From NCBI GenBank assembly GCA_964607755.1, contig CAZSMC010000006.1, positions 19,955 to 83,954 of the forward strand: a DNA stretch of 64,000 nucleotides, in the 5' to 3' direction. Under the pieces are notes generated by a model. That model saw only the letters and a list, made by a program, of their open reading frames with translations. It did not search any database and was not told the origin of the DNA. The position numbers were made by a program, and so were the translations under genes. This DNA is from an uncultured Cytophagia bacterium (GTDB lineage: Bacteria; Zhuqueibacterota; Zhuqueibacteria; Residuimicrobiales; Krinioviventaceae). Shown here one piece after another: positions 1 through 9,512 of the stretch (positions are counted from its first letter, which is position 1; the number at the start of each line of letters is the position of its first letter).

Positions 1-1166
1 CAGAAACGGCACCCGCAATTCCAGACTAAACCGCATGCCCATGCGGTCAGCGCGCTGCAGATTGATGTTGTGCAAGTTATTGATGCAGCGTCTGGCTTCG
101 TTGTTCACGTCGGCGACATCCCAGTTTTTCATATATTGGTACCCGGCAAACACTTCGTCTGCGCCTTCACCGGTCAAAACCACAGTCACATGTTCGGCTG
201 CCAATTTACAGGTAAAATAGCAGGGCACAGCGCAGCGAACCAGCGAGGGATCGTAACTTTCCAGATAGCGAATGACCTGGGCCAGGGCTTTGTAATAATC
301 TTCTTCAGTAAACACCAGCTCGTGATGCGTTGACCCGATATGCTTTGCCGCAATGCGTGACGCTTTAAGATCATCACTTTCGTTGCCTTTGCCGTCTTTC
401 ATGCCCACGGCAAAAGTGTGCAGGTGCGGAATTCTCTGAGCAGCGATAGCAGCGACCAGGCTGCTGTCCAGTCCGCCGCTGCAAAACGCACCGACGTGGA
501 TTCCCGGGTCTGATAAAAGCCGCTTTTCAACAGCGTCAATAAACGTGTCCTGGATTGTATCGGCAGCCTCATCGATCGTCCACTCATTGTTTTCCTGAAT
601 GCGGGGCGGTTCGTAATATTTGACAAATCCGGTTTCCGGTGTATAATAATGACCGGCCGGGAATTCGTGCACCTGATCGACGCCAGCATGTGACATGGCG
701 CCAAGTTCGGATGAAAAATACAAATTGTCTTTGTAATAGCCGTAATAGAGGGGTTTGATGCCGATATGATCCCGTGCCAGGAAGAGCGTGTCGTTATCAA
801 AAATAGCAAAGGCGTACATGCCGTCCAGCTCTTTGATAAAATCATTGCCTTTTTCTTCATATAGTGGCAAAATAACTTCTGTATCGGATTCGGTCTGATA
901 CGGATAATCTGGTTTGACGTTATTTTTTAATTCCAGATAATTGTAAATCTCGCCGTTACAAATCAGACCGCGTTTTTCATTCTGGGTTAAAATCGGTTGA
1001 TGGCCGCCACTGACATCGACGATAGATAACCGGTTGTGGCCGAACGAACCGGCTGAATTGCTGTAAAGTCCTCTGTCATTGGGGCCCCGGTGTTCCATGG
1101 TATCCATCATTTTTAATATTGTTTTATCATCGGGTTGTCCATAGCACCCTGCGATACCACACATTA
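1..1166 (-). CDS. asnB: Asparagine synthase (glutamine-hydrolysing). The N-terminal ~388 aa are present; the 3' end runs off the window edge.
   Basis: Reverse-strand translation from the ATG at 1166 gives 'MCGIAGCYG...' (Ntn Cys2), '...HNRLSIVDVSGGHQP...' and the PP-loop 'FCSGGLDSS'. An AGGA is upstream. Missed by the ORF track because it runs off the edge. Confidence 0.8.
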
Positions 1167-1205
1167 TATAATCCTCATTTTATGATCAATAGTTTTTAGA
1201 TTTTT

Positions 1206-2681
1206 TTATGAAACGAGTATACGGTTTTTTATTTCATTCACTTCTTTAAAGTCAAGAGCGCCCTCAGCTCGCTGGCCTTGATAGAGCCAACCTTTACGCA
1301 ATCCGGAGCGCGCCGCTTTCATAAACTTTGTGCTGCTTCGTCCTGAGGTGACCGCTTTGCTAATCAGTTCAACCTGTGCATCAACAGTTTCTGAGGAATA
1401 CTCTTCCTGTCCGTTGAGGATGAACTCGATGCGGTTCGACAGATCATCCTGCAGCTCGTTGGTCACCGGCGCATTAAACATGCTCAGTGCATCAGTGACG
1501 GCTGTTTGCGCCACATCTGAGATATCATAATCCGGGGATTCGGTTAACAGTTTTTTGACGTGGCTGATGACTTTATCATCGATAATATATTGTTCCGGGC
1601 AGACTGTGAGCACCTGTTCGAGCATTCCCAAGGCGCTGTTGATATATTGCGCGCCGCTCGCCGCCTCAAAGACCCAGCTCAGCGTTTTCTCGGCCACAGT
1701 TTGCGCGTTGGGTTCTTTTTCATCTGATACGGCTGCTGTGCCGCAGCACGGAATGCCGTAATAATAGGTGAGATCCGTTACCATGGCCACCCGCCTGATG
1801 CTCTCTGGCTGACACCACCGCGGAGAGCCGTCAGAAAACAAATCAGAGGTAATAGGAATAGCCCGGTAAAAAACTTTGGCTCCGCTCTTGATGAGGTTGG
1901 CAAGCACAACAGCGGAGAGGATTTCGGCGTTCACTTGAATGAGCTCGCCGACCTCGGAAAGCGGGGCAGTTGCACCGGCCTGTGGACAACTGGAGATGGC
2001 AACCGGCAGTCCATGCTCGACCATTTTCATGTATTTTTCAATGGTTGGACTCACCAGATTCATGGGACTCACGGTTAGAGAAGCAATGAACGAAATCCGC
2101 GACGGGTCTTCAATAGCGGTGAGAATCTCGGGCAGTTTCTCAATTTTAACCAGATTAGCCAGGTTAATATGCTTTGTCGTATTCTCGATGAAAATACGGG
2201 TTTTTTCCATATCCATTTCATTTTCTGCAACATCCGGCTCGACCGGACGGGTGATAAAATCGACGTTGTCCAATTTTTCGCAAATCCGGATAATATCAAT
2301 GAGGTCCTGAGTGACAGCCGGTTTGCGTGTGAATGAACCGTCCTTAGTTTGGTGTAAGACATAAAGAGCTTGTCCGCCAGTGCCGAAATGCACTGCCGGG
2401 GAGTCCACATTTACATCTATAGTCAGTTTATTTTCCGGATCGCTCGCTCCAAGCTCGATCTTTTTGGCTGTTTGTTGAACCGCTTGTTCGACCATGGATT
2501 GAGGAACAGTCACCCGGCCATCCTTGACATCGGCACCGCCGTCTTTGAATAACCGAATGGCCTCGTCGCTTTCTACTTTGACACCTAATTCCGAGAGAAG
2601 CCGGCACGAGCCCGCGTGAATTAATGTGCACTCCTCCTCACTCAGAAACTGTGTTTTTTTTATGCGTGTACCTCTGGACAT
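1206..2681 (-). CDS. MttB-family (trimethylamine-type) methyltransferase, non-pyrrolysine; substrate:corrinoid methyltransferase paralogue 1
   Basis: 491 aa, the typical MttB-superfamily length and TIM-barrel-like composition. No in-frame TAG. Paralogous to 3477-5012 and 5889-7370. Sits next to a corrinoid protein. Confidence 0.75.
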   Translation of the reverse strand: MSRGTRIKKTQFLSEEECTLIHAGSCRLLSELGVKVESDEAIRLFKDGGADVKDGRVTVPQSMVEQAVQQTAKKIELGASDPENKLTIDVNVDSPAVHFGTGGQALYVLHQTKDGSFTRKPAVTQDLIDIIRICEKLDNVDFITRPVEPDVAENEMDMEKTRIFIENTTKHINLANLVKIEKLPEILTAIEDPSRISFIASLTVSPMNLVSPTIEKYMKMVEHGLPVAISSCPQAGATAPLSEVGELIQVNAEILSAVVLANLIKSGAKVFYRAIPITSDLFSDGSPRWCQPESIRRVAMVTDLTYYYGIPCCGTAAVSDEKEPNAQTVAEKTLSWVFEAASGAQYINSALGMLEQVLTVCPEQYIIDDKVISHVKKLLTESPDYDISDVAQTAVTDALSMFNAPVTNELQDDLSNRIEFILNGQEEYSSETVDAQVELISKAVTSGRSSTKFMKAARSGLRKGWLYQGQRAEGALDFKEVNEIKNRILVS

Positions 2682-2769
2682 ACGTTACCTTTATTTTGAT
2701 GCACTAAACTGTTAGCGTCTCTTTCCACGCTATCAACGTGTCAGAATATTTTTGGTAAAATATCCTTTT

Positions 2770-3447
2770 TTATCGGGCCATTTTTTCCAGTTTGTGAATA
2801 GCGTCAAATGCGTCCTCGCCATAAACATCTGCACCGATCTTTTTAGCAAACTCTTCAGACACCGGAGCACCGCCGACGCAGACTTTGACCTGATCCCGCA
2901 GGCCTTTTTCCTTCAGCAAGTTAATGACATCTTCCATGTGGCCCATCGTTGTGGTGAGCAGAGCGGACAGACCGAGATAAGACGCCTTTTTCTCTTCAAC
3001 AGCCTGGACGATTTTATCCGCTTTCACGCCAACGCCGAGGTCTTCAACCTCAAAGCCGGAGCCGCGCAAAAGAGTCGAGACGATATTTTTGCCAATGTCG
3101 TGAAGGTCATCTTCTACAGTGGCGATAATAAATTTACCTCGCGATTTGACATCACCTTCAAGAAGCATGGGTTCGAGAATTTCCGTCGCTTCGCTGACGC
3201 ATTCTGCGGCTGCCAGCATATCCGGAATCAGATAATCACCGTTCTCATATCGTTCTCCCACTTTTTCCATTCCGGGACTTACGGCTTTGTTCAGAATATC
3301 GGATGGCGAAATCCCTTCATCAAGAGCCTGCTGCACCAGTTCGACCACGCCGGGCTCGCCTTCCATATCGCCGTCAAATCCCTCATCTTCACTGTCAATG
3401 CGTCCTTCAATAACATTCTTTTTGATTTTTTCAAGAATATCTGACAT
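2770..3447 (-). CDS. Cobalamin-binding corrinoid protein (MtgC/MttC-like)
   Basis: 225 aa with the B12-binding signature 'DLHDIGKN' (DxHxxG), '...SALL...' (SxL) and 'VGGA' (GG). An N-terminal helical cap domain is present. Confidence 0.8.
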   Translation of the reverse strand: MSDILEKIKKNVIEGRIDSEDEGFDGDMEGEPGVVELVQQALDEGISPSDILNKAVSPGMEKVGERYENGDYLIPDMLAAAECVSEATEILEPMLLEGDVKSRGKFIIATVEDDLHDIGKNIVSTLLRGSGFEVEDLGVGVKADKIVQAVEEKKASYLGLSALLTTTMGHMEDVINLLKEKGLRDQVKVCVGGAPVSEEFAKKIGADVYGEDAFDAIHKLEKMAR

Positions 3448-3476
3448 TTTTGTTCTCCTTTATATTTATAAAGTGT

Positions 3477-5012
3477 TTATAATTCAAAACGTTCTTTTGG
3501 CAAGAGACCTGGAATTTTATCATATATCTTGTCAACAATAGCCTGATCGAGTTTTTCATCTTCACCGGCAAAGATCTCTTCCAGACGATGGTGAGCCTTG
3601 ATCAGCACTTCGTCCTTGTCACTCTCTGACTCGAAGGCATACGGCGCTGTAACCAGACCTTTCCTGCGAGCTTTGCGAATATACCGGGCAAACAATTTTG
3701 TGCTCGATGCCAGCGTGTGCTTGATTTGTTCAGCCGCATCCGCTACATCATTCTCGTTAAAAACCGGCTGCCGTAAGATATGCCGTATTTTTCCGACATG
3801 CGCGTCATCCAATACGGCTTGCAATGGACAAAAAACGTTGGTTTTATCGAGCAGACCGAATGCATAATGAATGTATTGAGCGCCGGCAGCGGCGACTTCA
3901 AGTTGAGCGAACACTTTTTCGATTGTTGCCTGCATGCCCGGCACTTTGGCATCGCCGACGCCTGCTGACGAATAACACGGTACGCCATAATGACGCGCCA
4001 TCTGGATGCAATCGGCGTTGTAATGAATAAATTCAGGGGCGCCGTAAAGGTCGTGCAGAGTATCCAGGCGGGCGCGCACGGGTACGGCTCCGTACAAAAC
4101 CGGCGTTCCCGGATTGACAATTTGTGCCATTGCTATACCTGCCAAAATTTCCGCATTGATGAGCGAGACAATGCCTTCTTCCTGGATCGGCGCTGTTGAT
4201 CCGCCCTGGGGCGAGCTCGAAATGACCACTGGCATGCCTCTCTGCGCAATAGCGATGAGTTTTTCCGTCGTATCTTCTACCATTTGCAGGGGACTCTTGA
4301 TGACACAAGTGATAAAAGAAACCAGTGGATTTTCTTTGAACGCCCGTTCTCCTCCGGCAATAATCTCTGCTATCTTTAGGATGTTATCGAGCTGACTCAG
4401 ATCAACCACACCGGCCTGAACGTGCTTTGTCATGTACATCAACGCTGCCATAAAGACATTGACATCCTTGTTTGCAAGCGTAATGTCCTCATCCTGAATG
4501 TTGACATTGCGGATGAAAAAGTCCACATTCTCCAGGCTGTTGCATAATTTAGCCGAGGTACACAGGTTTTTGAGCGAGCCACGTTCTTTGATAAATTCGG
4601 GATGCAGCATCGTTTCTGACGCATCATCTTTGCATACGTATTCCTTGAGTTCTGTTTTCAAAAAAATATTCGTTTCAGAACCGGTGCCAAAATACACGTT
4701 GGGCACTTGCGCATCCAAAAGTAATTTGTTGTCAGGATTTCTCGCACCCAGCACCACACGTTCCGGAATATTCGTTAATGTATCCTGAATAACCTGTGGC
4801 GTGATTTTTACATTCCAGGCATCCATTCCCTCATCAGCCCGGCTCACTTTGCATCCAGCCCTGCCGTATAAATCTGCGGCATGTTCGTTAAAACACGTCA
4901 CTCCCGGATCGTTGAGAATAGCCAACGAGCCTTCATGAATCGCTTTTATTTGTTCATCTGACATGCGCTTTTTCGGATTAACAAGCGTTGCGCGTCTGTA
5001 TTTTTTCTGCAT
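3477..5012 (-). CDS. MttB-family methyltransferase, non-pyrrolysine, paralogue 2
   Basis: 511 aa and uninterrupted. Similar to the other two MttB-like ORFs at the family level. Alternative start at 'MSDEQIKAIHEG'. Confidence 0.75.
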   Translation of the reverse strand: MQKKYRRATLVNPKKRMSDEQIKAIHEGSLAILNDPGVTCFNEHAADLYGRAGCKVSRADEGMDAWNVKITPQVIQDTLTNIPERVVLGARNPDNKLLLDAQVPNVYFGTGSETNIFLKTELKEYVCKDDASETMLHPEFIKERGSLKNLCTSAKLCNSLENVDFFIRNVNIQDEDITLANKDVNVFMAALMYMTKHVQAGVVDLSQLDNILKIAEIIAGGERAFKENPLVSFITCVIKSPLQMVEDTTEKLIAIAQRGMPVVISSSPQGGSTAPIQEEGIVSLINAEILAGIAMAQIVNPGTPVLYGAVPVRARLDTLHDLYGAPEFIHYNADCIQMARHYGVPCYSSAGVGDAKVPGMQATIEKVFAQLEVAAAGAQYIHYAFGLLDKTNVFCPLQAVLDDAHVGKIRHILRQPVFNENDVADAAEQIKHTLASSTKLFARYIRKARRKGLVTAPYAFESESDKDEVLIKAHHRLEEIFAGEDEKLDQAIVDKIYDKIPGLLPKERFEL

Positions 5013-5054
5013 AATAAATGTTCCCTGCTAAGCGGATTGTCTTGAAAGCACTTA

Positions 5055-5876
5055 TTATTTTGCTTGCTGACCGAACTCGCCTTTCCGGACAGCGCGCACA
5101 AAACGCCGGCAAAATTTATCATTACCAGCCACGAGATTGCCGAGCAAAATAGCTTCGCGCACTTCTCTTCGCATCGGGTCACAAATGGCGGAATCCAGTC
5201 CATGGGTAATCGCAGCTATGAGGAACGCCTCGTTCACGCGCGAGCGTTCAACAAGACCATAAGATACATTGGACAGCCCTATTGTTGTTTTGGCGCCAGG
5301 TAACGACTTTTTAATTCCTGCGATGGTGTTCAATGTTGTTTTACCATGGGTATGAGCTGACGACAGCGGCATCACCAGCGGATCGAAATAGATATTTTCC
5401 ACCGGCACGTTTGCCTTGTCAGCGGCTTCGGCAATGGATTTGCATACTTTGAGACGATCCTCGGTCGTTTCAGGAATTCCGCCGTCTCCCATGGCCAGGG
5501 CTATCAGCGGAACGTTATGCTCGGCTGCCAGAGGCAGCAATTCGTCCATTATATATTTTGCTTTTTTGATAGAATTGATCATCCAGGGCCGGCGATTATG
5601 CAGATATTCGGCTGCTTCTTTTATTATTTTGGGACTTGCCGAATCGATACCCAGCTTTTTCTCTGTCGTGTCCAGAGCAATGTCGATAAGCCATTTCATG
5701 TCATCGATTTCACGCTGTTCATCGCCGCTGCCGGTTCCGGCATTCAGATCAATATATGCAGCACCTGCCTCGTCCTGATCGGAAATTTGTTTTTTTATTA
5801 CAGATGCATCTTTGTCCAAAATCGCATTTTTGATAGATTTTCGGGAAGCGTTTATTTTTTCACCAATAATAATCAC
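5055..5876 (-). CDS. Methyl-tetrahydrofolate:corrinoid methyltransferase (pterin-binding, MtrH/AcsE/MtgA-like)
   Basis: 273 aa. 'IIGEKINAS' at the N-terminus and the 'DPL...', 'GLSN(V)SYG' pterin-binding barrel motifs typical of the MetH pterin domain / AcsE. Confidence 0.75.
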   Translation of the reverse strand: MIIIGEKINASRKSIKNAILDKDASVIKKQISDQDEAGAAYIDLNAGTGSGDEQREIDDMKWLIDIALDTTEKKLGIDSASPKIIKEAAEYLHNRRPWMINSIKKAKYIMDELLPLAAEHNVPLIALAMGDGGIPETTEDRLKVCKSIAEAADKANVPVENIYFDPLVMPLSSAHTHGKTTLNTIAGIKKSLPGAKTTIGLSNVSYGLVERSRVNEAFLIAAITHGLDSAICDPMRREVREAILLGNLVAGNDKFCRRFVRAVRKGEFGQQAK

Positions 5877-5888
5877 GCTTTTTCTCCT

Positions 5889-7370
5889 TTATTTGAGTGA
5901 ATAATGTTTTTCTACAATGTTGGGAAACTTTTCCAGGATTTTCCGGGCTTTTTCTTTTTCAATATAATGTGTTGGTTTTTCTGATAATATATCCGTGACC
6001 ATTTCGTGAGCAACGGCAGGCATTGCCTTTTTGCCGGCTTGTTCCCAGGCATCTCGTCTGTCTCTGTTCGTCAATTGGGTTGTCACATGTTCCCTGTACA
6101 TGTGTTTTCGGGTATGGCGTTGAGCGATAAAATTGCCGCCCGGTCCGGCTTCTTTAATAACATCAAAAGCCAGCGTTTTTGAATTCACCTGAATTCCTTT
6201 GACCGCGCGATCGATCAGCCCTAAAATCTCATTATCAATGACCAGCTTTTCTTTACTCACTGTTGTGGCGAATTCCATGAGACCGGCCGCATCGTGGATA
6301 AAATCTCCGCCTGCAGTAGCGACAAGTAAATTATTAATAGCTGTTTCATATCCGCATTGGGTATCCAGGGTTTTAGAATCACTTATGCCGGCGGTGGAAT
6401 AATAAGGAAAGCCGTAATATCGCGCCAGTTGCGCGGTTGCGGCATTGATCATACCGCTTTCTACGGGTCCACCTAAATAACCGATGTCTTGCATACTAAC
6501 GGACGTTGCCACACTGCCGTAAATGGCAGGAGCGCCCGGATTTGCCAGTTGTGTCAACATCATATTCACCAGGCCGTCGCAATTTTGGATAACAAGCGTG
6601 CCTGCCAGAGTCACTGGCGCCGTAGCACCGCAGAGCGGTTCTACAGGAACAGCCGTAGGGATGCCCTGACGCGCCAACTGAATAGTGAATGCACCGTACT
6701 TGCTGTCCAGGCGCAACGGGCTGATTCCGCAGGCAATCATCGAAATAAACGGACGCTCGCGCAACGCCTCAGCGCCACCGGCAATTTCTTCCGCAATGCT
6801 GATGACATCGTCAATACCTTTTGACGTGTAGATGCCACCCATAATGTGTTTTTTTGTATACATCAAGCCAGCAAAAAAACGATTCACATCCACATTATCC
6901 ACATTGATCTCGTTCGGATAAGTCGGCAGCAGCATAACATGCACATTTTTCAACTTGTCTACCAAGCGAATAACTTCGATAAGATCATTCAAATCGGCGG
7001 AGCGTTGTTGGCCATTGTTTTCATCATAGTCGAGAATATTGAGCGCCGTTCCACCAGTGCCGTAATACACATTACCAGCACCAAGGGTCGCGTTATATTT
7101 ATCTTCTCGCCCATACAACGTCACCTGAGGCGGAACCGTGGAAATAATATCTTTTATTGTCGATTCTTTCAGACGGACAATTCTATTGTCATAATCGATT
7201 TGAGCGTCGGTTTTTTCAAACAATTCAAATGCTTCTTGAGCCTGAACTTCAAAGCCCACTTCATTCAGCACTTGCATGGATGTTTGATGAATTTGTTCAA
7301 TCTCTTTATCGGTTAAAGGCAAATATTGCCATCGGGCAGGTTCATTCGATTTTCGTTGCATAACATTCAT
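5889..7370 (-). CDS. MttB-family methyltransferase, non-pyrrolysine, paralogue 3
   Basis: ORF track gives 5889-7469. I moved the start to the internal ATG ('MNVMQRKS...') at 7370 so it no longer overlaps the upstream gene by 89 nt. MttB-like core 'GTGGTALNILDYDEN...'. Confidence 0.7.
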   Translation of the reverse strand: MNVMQRKSNEPARWQYLPLTDKEIEQIHQTSMQVLNEVGFEVQAQEAFELFEKTDAQIDYDNRIVRLKESTIKDIISTVPPQVTLYGREDKYNATLGAGNVYYGTGGTALNILDYDENNGQQRSADLNDLIEVIRLVDKLKNVHVMLLPTYPNEINVDNVDVNRFFAGLMYTKKHIMGGIYTSKGIDDVISIAEEIAGGAEALRERPFISMIACGISPLRLDSKYGAFTIQLARQGIPTAVPVEPLCGATAPVTLAGTLVIQNCDGLVNMMLTQLANPGAPAIYGSVATSVSMQDIGYLGGPVESGMINAATAQLARYYGFPYYSTAGISDSKTLDTQCGYETAINNLLVATAGGDFIHDAAGLMEFATTVSKEKLVIDNEILGLIDRAVKGIQVNSKTLAFDVIKEAGPGGNFIAQRHTRKHMYREHVTTQLTNRDRRDAWEQAGKKAMPAVAHEMVTDILSEKPTHYIEKEKARKILEKFPNIVEKHYSLK

Positions 7371-7380
7371 CTCGCTTTTA

Positions 7381-8055
7381 TTATAACCGTCTGTATTCGC
7401 AATTTTCTTTTGTGCAGTACACGCAGGCATTGCCAGAGGCCTCTGCGGATTCTGCCGGACAAATACCAATCACACCAGAGAGTGATTTTCGTGGGGTCAT
7501 AGAATAGTTGGAATTCAATGTCACATCTAATTTTTCAAAAGGTAGGAGTTTGAGAATATCTTTCTGGCTTTTGATGGACCAATCACAATAACCAGGACTA
7601 TAGTGCCGGGTTATATCTTCGTCATCGTTTACTTTATCGCTGATCGTTTCGTAAAGATGAGTAACAGCAGATTCTGCAGCCAGAGACGCTGCGGTATCTA
7701 AAATATAACCGTAATCCGGGGATTCTTTTAAGGTCTTTTTAATGAGTTCATCAACTTTGGGACCCATGGTTATCAAGAAAACAACTGCTTTGTTACAATC
7801 CCGGAAAACTCGGGAAACTTTTTTACTGTCGAATGAAATATCATCACTTAATCGGACTGAATCTTCCTGATATTCACAGGGTACCACCCGGTAAACAGCC
7901 CGTGGAGAGGAGTGTTTGTAAATTTCTTTCAAGGCTTTTTTTGCCTGGCGACGAACTCGGGATGAAACCTTTGTTCGCCGCTTTCCCCCAAGCCTTTCAT
8001 AAAGAAATTTTATAGGGATGGAGAAAGGAATTGATTTTAACAATACCGTTTTCAT
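7381..8055 (-). CDS. Standalone vitamin-B12 methionine-synthase activation-domain-like protein (Met_synt_B12 family); candidate corrinoid reactivation factor
   Basis: 224 aa. 'RHYSPGYCDWS...NYSMTPRKSLSGVIGI' parallels E. coli MetH 'RPAPGYPACPE...SFAMWPGASVSGWYF'. Cys-rich C-terminal tail. Confidence 0.5.
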   Translation of the reverse strand: MKTVLLKSIPFSIPIKFLYERLGGKRRTKVSSRVRRQAKKALKEIYKHSSPRAVYRVVPCEYQEDSVRLSDDISFDSKKVSRVFRDCNKAVVFLITMGPKVDELIKKTLKESPDYGYILDTAASLAAESAVTHLYETISDKVNDDEDITRHYSPGYCDWSIKSQKDILKLLPFEKLDVTLNSNYSMTPRKSLSGVIGICPAESAEASGNACVYCTKENCEYRRL

Positions 8056-8732
8056 CGCAAAACCTCATTTTTTATGTCACATAGATTATTAATCATCATT
8101 GCTTAGAGTCTATGAATTACTCGTGAACGAACGTAACCGATACCATCACTGATACGTCAAATTATCATCCACGGTCTAGGACAGATCTATGATAGACTGT
8201 TTATCTGTGATTCAATCGACAAATATTGTCCCGAACTTCTTTACATGGTTAGAATAAGAAGGACAACAATCTGCTCTTTTCAGTCGGACTCTGCCGCCTT
8301 TTAAAAAGTTGTTCCCACAAAGATAATCGGGTTGGATAACTGCAGTTTTAAGCCTAAAACAAAGATTAACTTTTATAAAACAATACTTTGACAGTTACCA
8401 CAATGACACACTGGAAATCATTTTGAAAAGTTCAACGTGCAACCCGCAGGAACATGTCTTTTGCGTTTAGAATACTATAACCCCGTTACCGCAAAAAACT
8501 GTTGTAAAGAAAAATGGTTCAGTTGATTCAAAGAATAGTCTCATAATGGTATTTTTTTAATGAGCTTATTTTTTAAATGTTCTACCATAGTTATTACTTT
8601 GTAAAGGCGAAAAAATATAAGAATTTTAAATCATAAATCCAAATTTGAGAGCAGAATAATTGTCATATTAAAGAACAAGAAAAATCACGGCTTACTTTCC
8701 GTAATTTTTCTCAAGGGGCTTTTTTGAGGGAT

Positions 8733-8760
8733 AAAAAAAACCCCCGAAAAATGCGGGGGC
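8733..8760 (-). terminator. Rho-independent terminator of hsp20
   Basis: CCCCCG-aaaaatg-CGGGGG hairpin at 8741-8759. It is preceded on the plus strand by A8 at 8733-8740, which is a U8 tract after the hairpin on the minus-strand transcript. Confidence 0.65.
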
Positions 8761-8781
8761 CACGTCATGTTTTGGATTCAT

Positions 8782-9213
8782 TTATTGAATCTCAATCTCC
8801 CGAGATTTCGCTTCTTCAGATTTTGGCAGTGTCAGATGCAGCACACCATCTTTGTATTCTGCCTTGACTTTGCTTTCATCTACTTTGGTCGGTAATGTGA
8901 CAGAGCGCCGGAACGCACCATAAGTGCGTTCTTCATAATAACGGTTTTCGTCTTCTTTCTTGTCTTCATAATTGCGTTCGCCCTGCAGCGTTAACACATT
9001 GTTCTGCAATGACACATTGATATCTTCTTTCTTCATACCGGGAATATCAACATCGACAACGTAAGCATCTTTCTTTTCTTTGATATCCAGTCGAGGCGAC
9101 CATACGGTTGATTCTTCTTCCCAGTTTCTCCAAACATCATCGAAAAAACGATCGATCATTCTGGGAAATCTCGGATAATCAATGTCACCACGATTTCTTC
9201 TCATGATAGCCAT
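8782..9213 (-). CDS. Small heat-shock protein, Hsp20/alpha-crystallin family
   Basis: 143 aa. The alpha-crystallin domain 'PRLDIKEKKDAYVVDVDIPGMKKEDINVSL...GVLHLTLPK' is present. Confidence 0.9.
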   Translation of the reverse strand: MAIMRRNRGDIDYPRFPRMIDRFFDDVWRNWEEESTVWSPRLDIKEKKDAYVVDVDIPGMKKEDINVSLQNNVLTLQGERNYEDKKEDENRYYEERTYGAFRRSVTLPTKVDESKVKAEYKDGVLHLTLPKSEEAKSREIEIQ

Positions 9214-9368
9214 GATTATACCTCCTTCTAATTTACGTTCTTTATTTACCTTTTTACTTAATTCACCCTTTTAATTTACAACTTGCATGCCAAATTTTTA
9301 TCAATATGAAAGAGATGTTTTAATCTATTGATATTTAATAAATTATGACCAGGGATATAACATTTAGC

Positions 9369-9406
9369 TTGACAGATCGGATAGCAAAGGTCTGTCAATT
9401 TGACAG
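9369..9406. promoter_or_regulatory. TTGACAGA-N14-TCTGTCAA inverted repeat plus a third direct TTGACAG half-site, upstream of hsp20
   Basis: 'cTTGACAGAtcggatagcaaaggTCTGTCAAtTTGACAGtg' lies about 160-190 nt upstream of the hsp20 start, in a divergent AT-rich promoter region. Confidence 0.3.
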
Positions 9407-9512
9407 TGTGAATTTTAATTTTTGGCAGAGTTAAATGACATGTTGTCCTGGAGGAGAGAAATTTAGTGGAAAAATCAAAAAAATCCCCGCCAAAATGACC
9501 GGGAAAAAACGA

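Noticed and set aside
399-860. 153-aa minus-strand ORF from the six-frame track
   Set aside because: It is an out-of-frame shadow of asnB. The asnB frame (MCGIAG..., PP-loop SGGLDSS) runs continuously from 1166 to the window edge and explains the region.
1206-7370. Possible pyrrolysine (in-frame UAG) in the MttB-family genes
   Set aside because: All three ORFs are continuous, with no amber codon at the position where Pyl-MttB genes carry one. They are non-Pyl family members.
5889-7469. Upstream ATG (7469) for MttB paralogue 3, giving 526 aa
   Set aside because: It would overlap the preceding gene by 89 nt and add a non-conserved Pro/Ala-rich extension. The internal ATG at 7370 restores normal spacing.
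8056-8781. tRNA, rRNA or CRISPR elements in the long non-coding leader
   Set aside because: There is no cloverleaf-compatible arrangement, no rRNA-like conserved block and no regularly spaced direct repeats. Only AT-rich promoter-like sequence and the hsp20 terminator are present.
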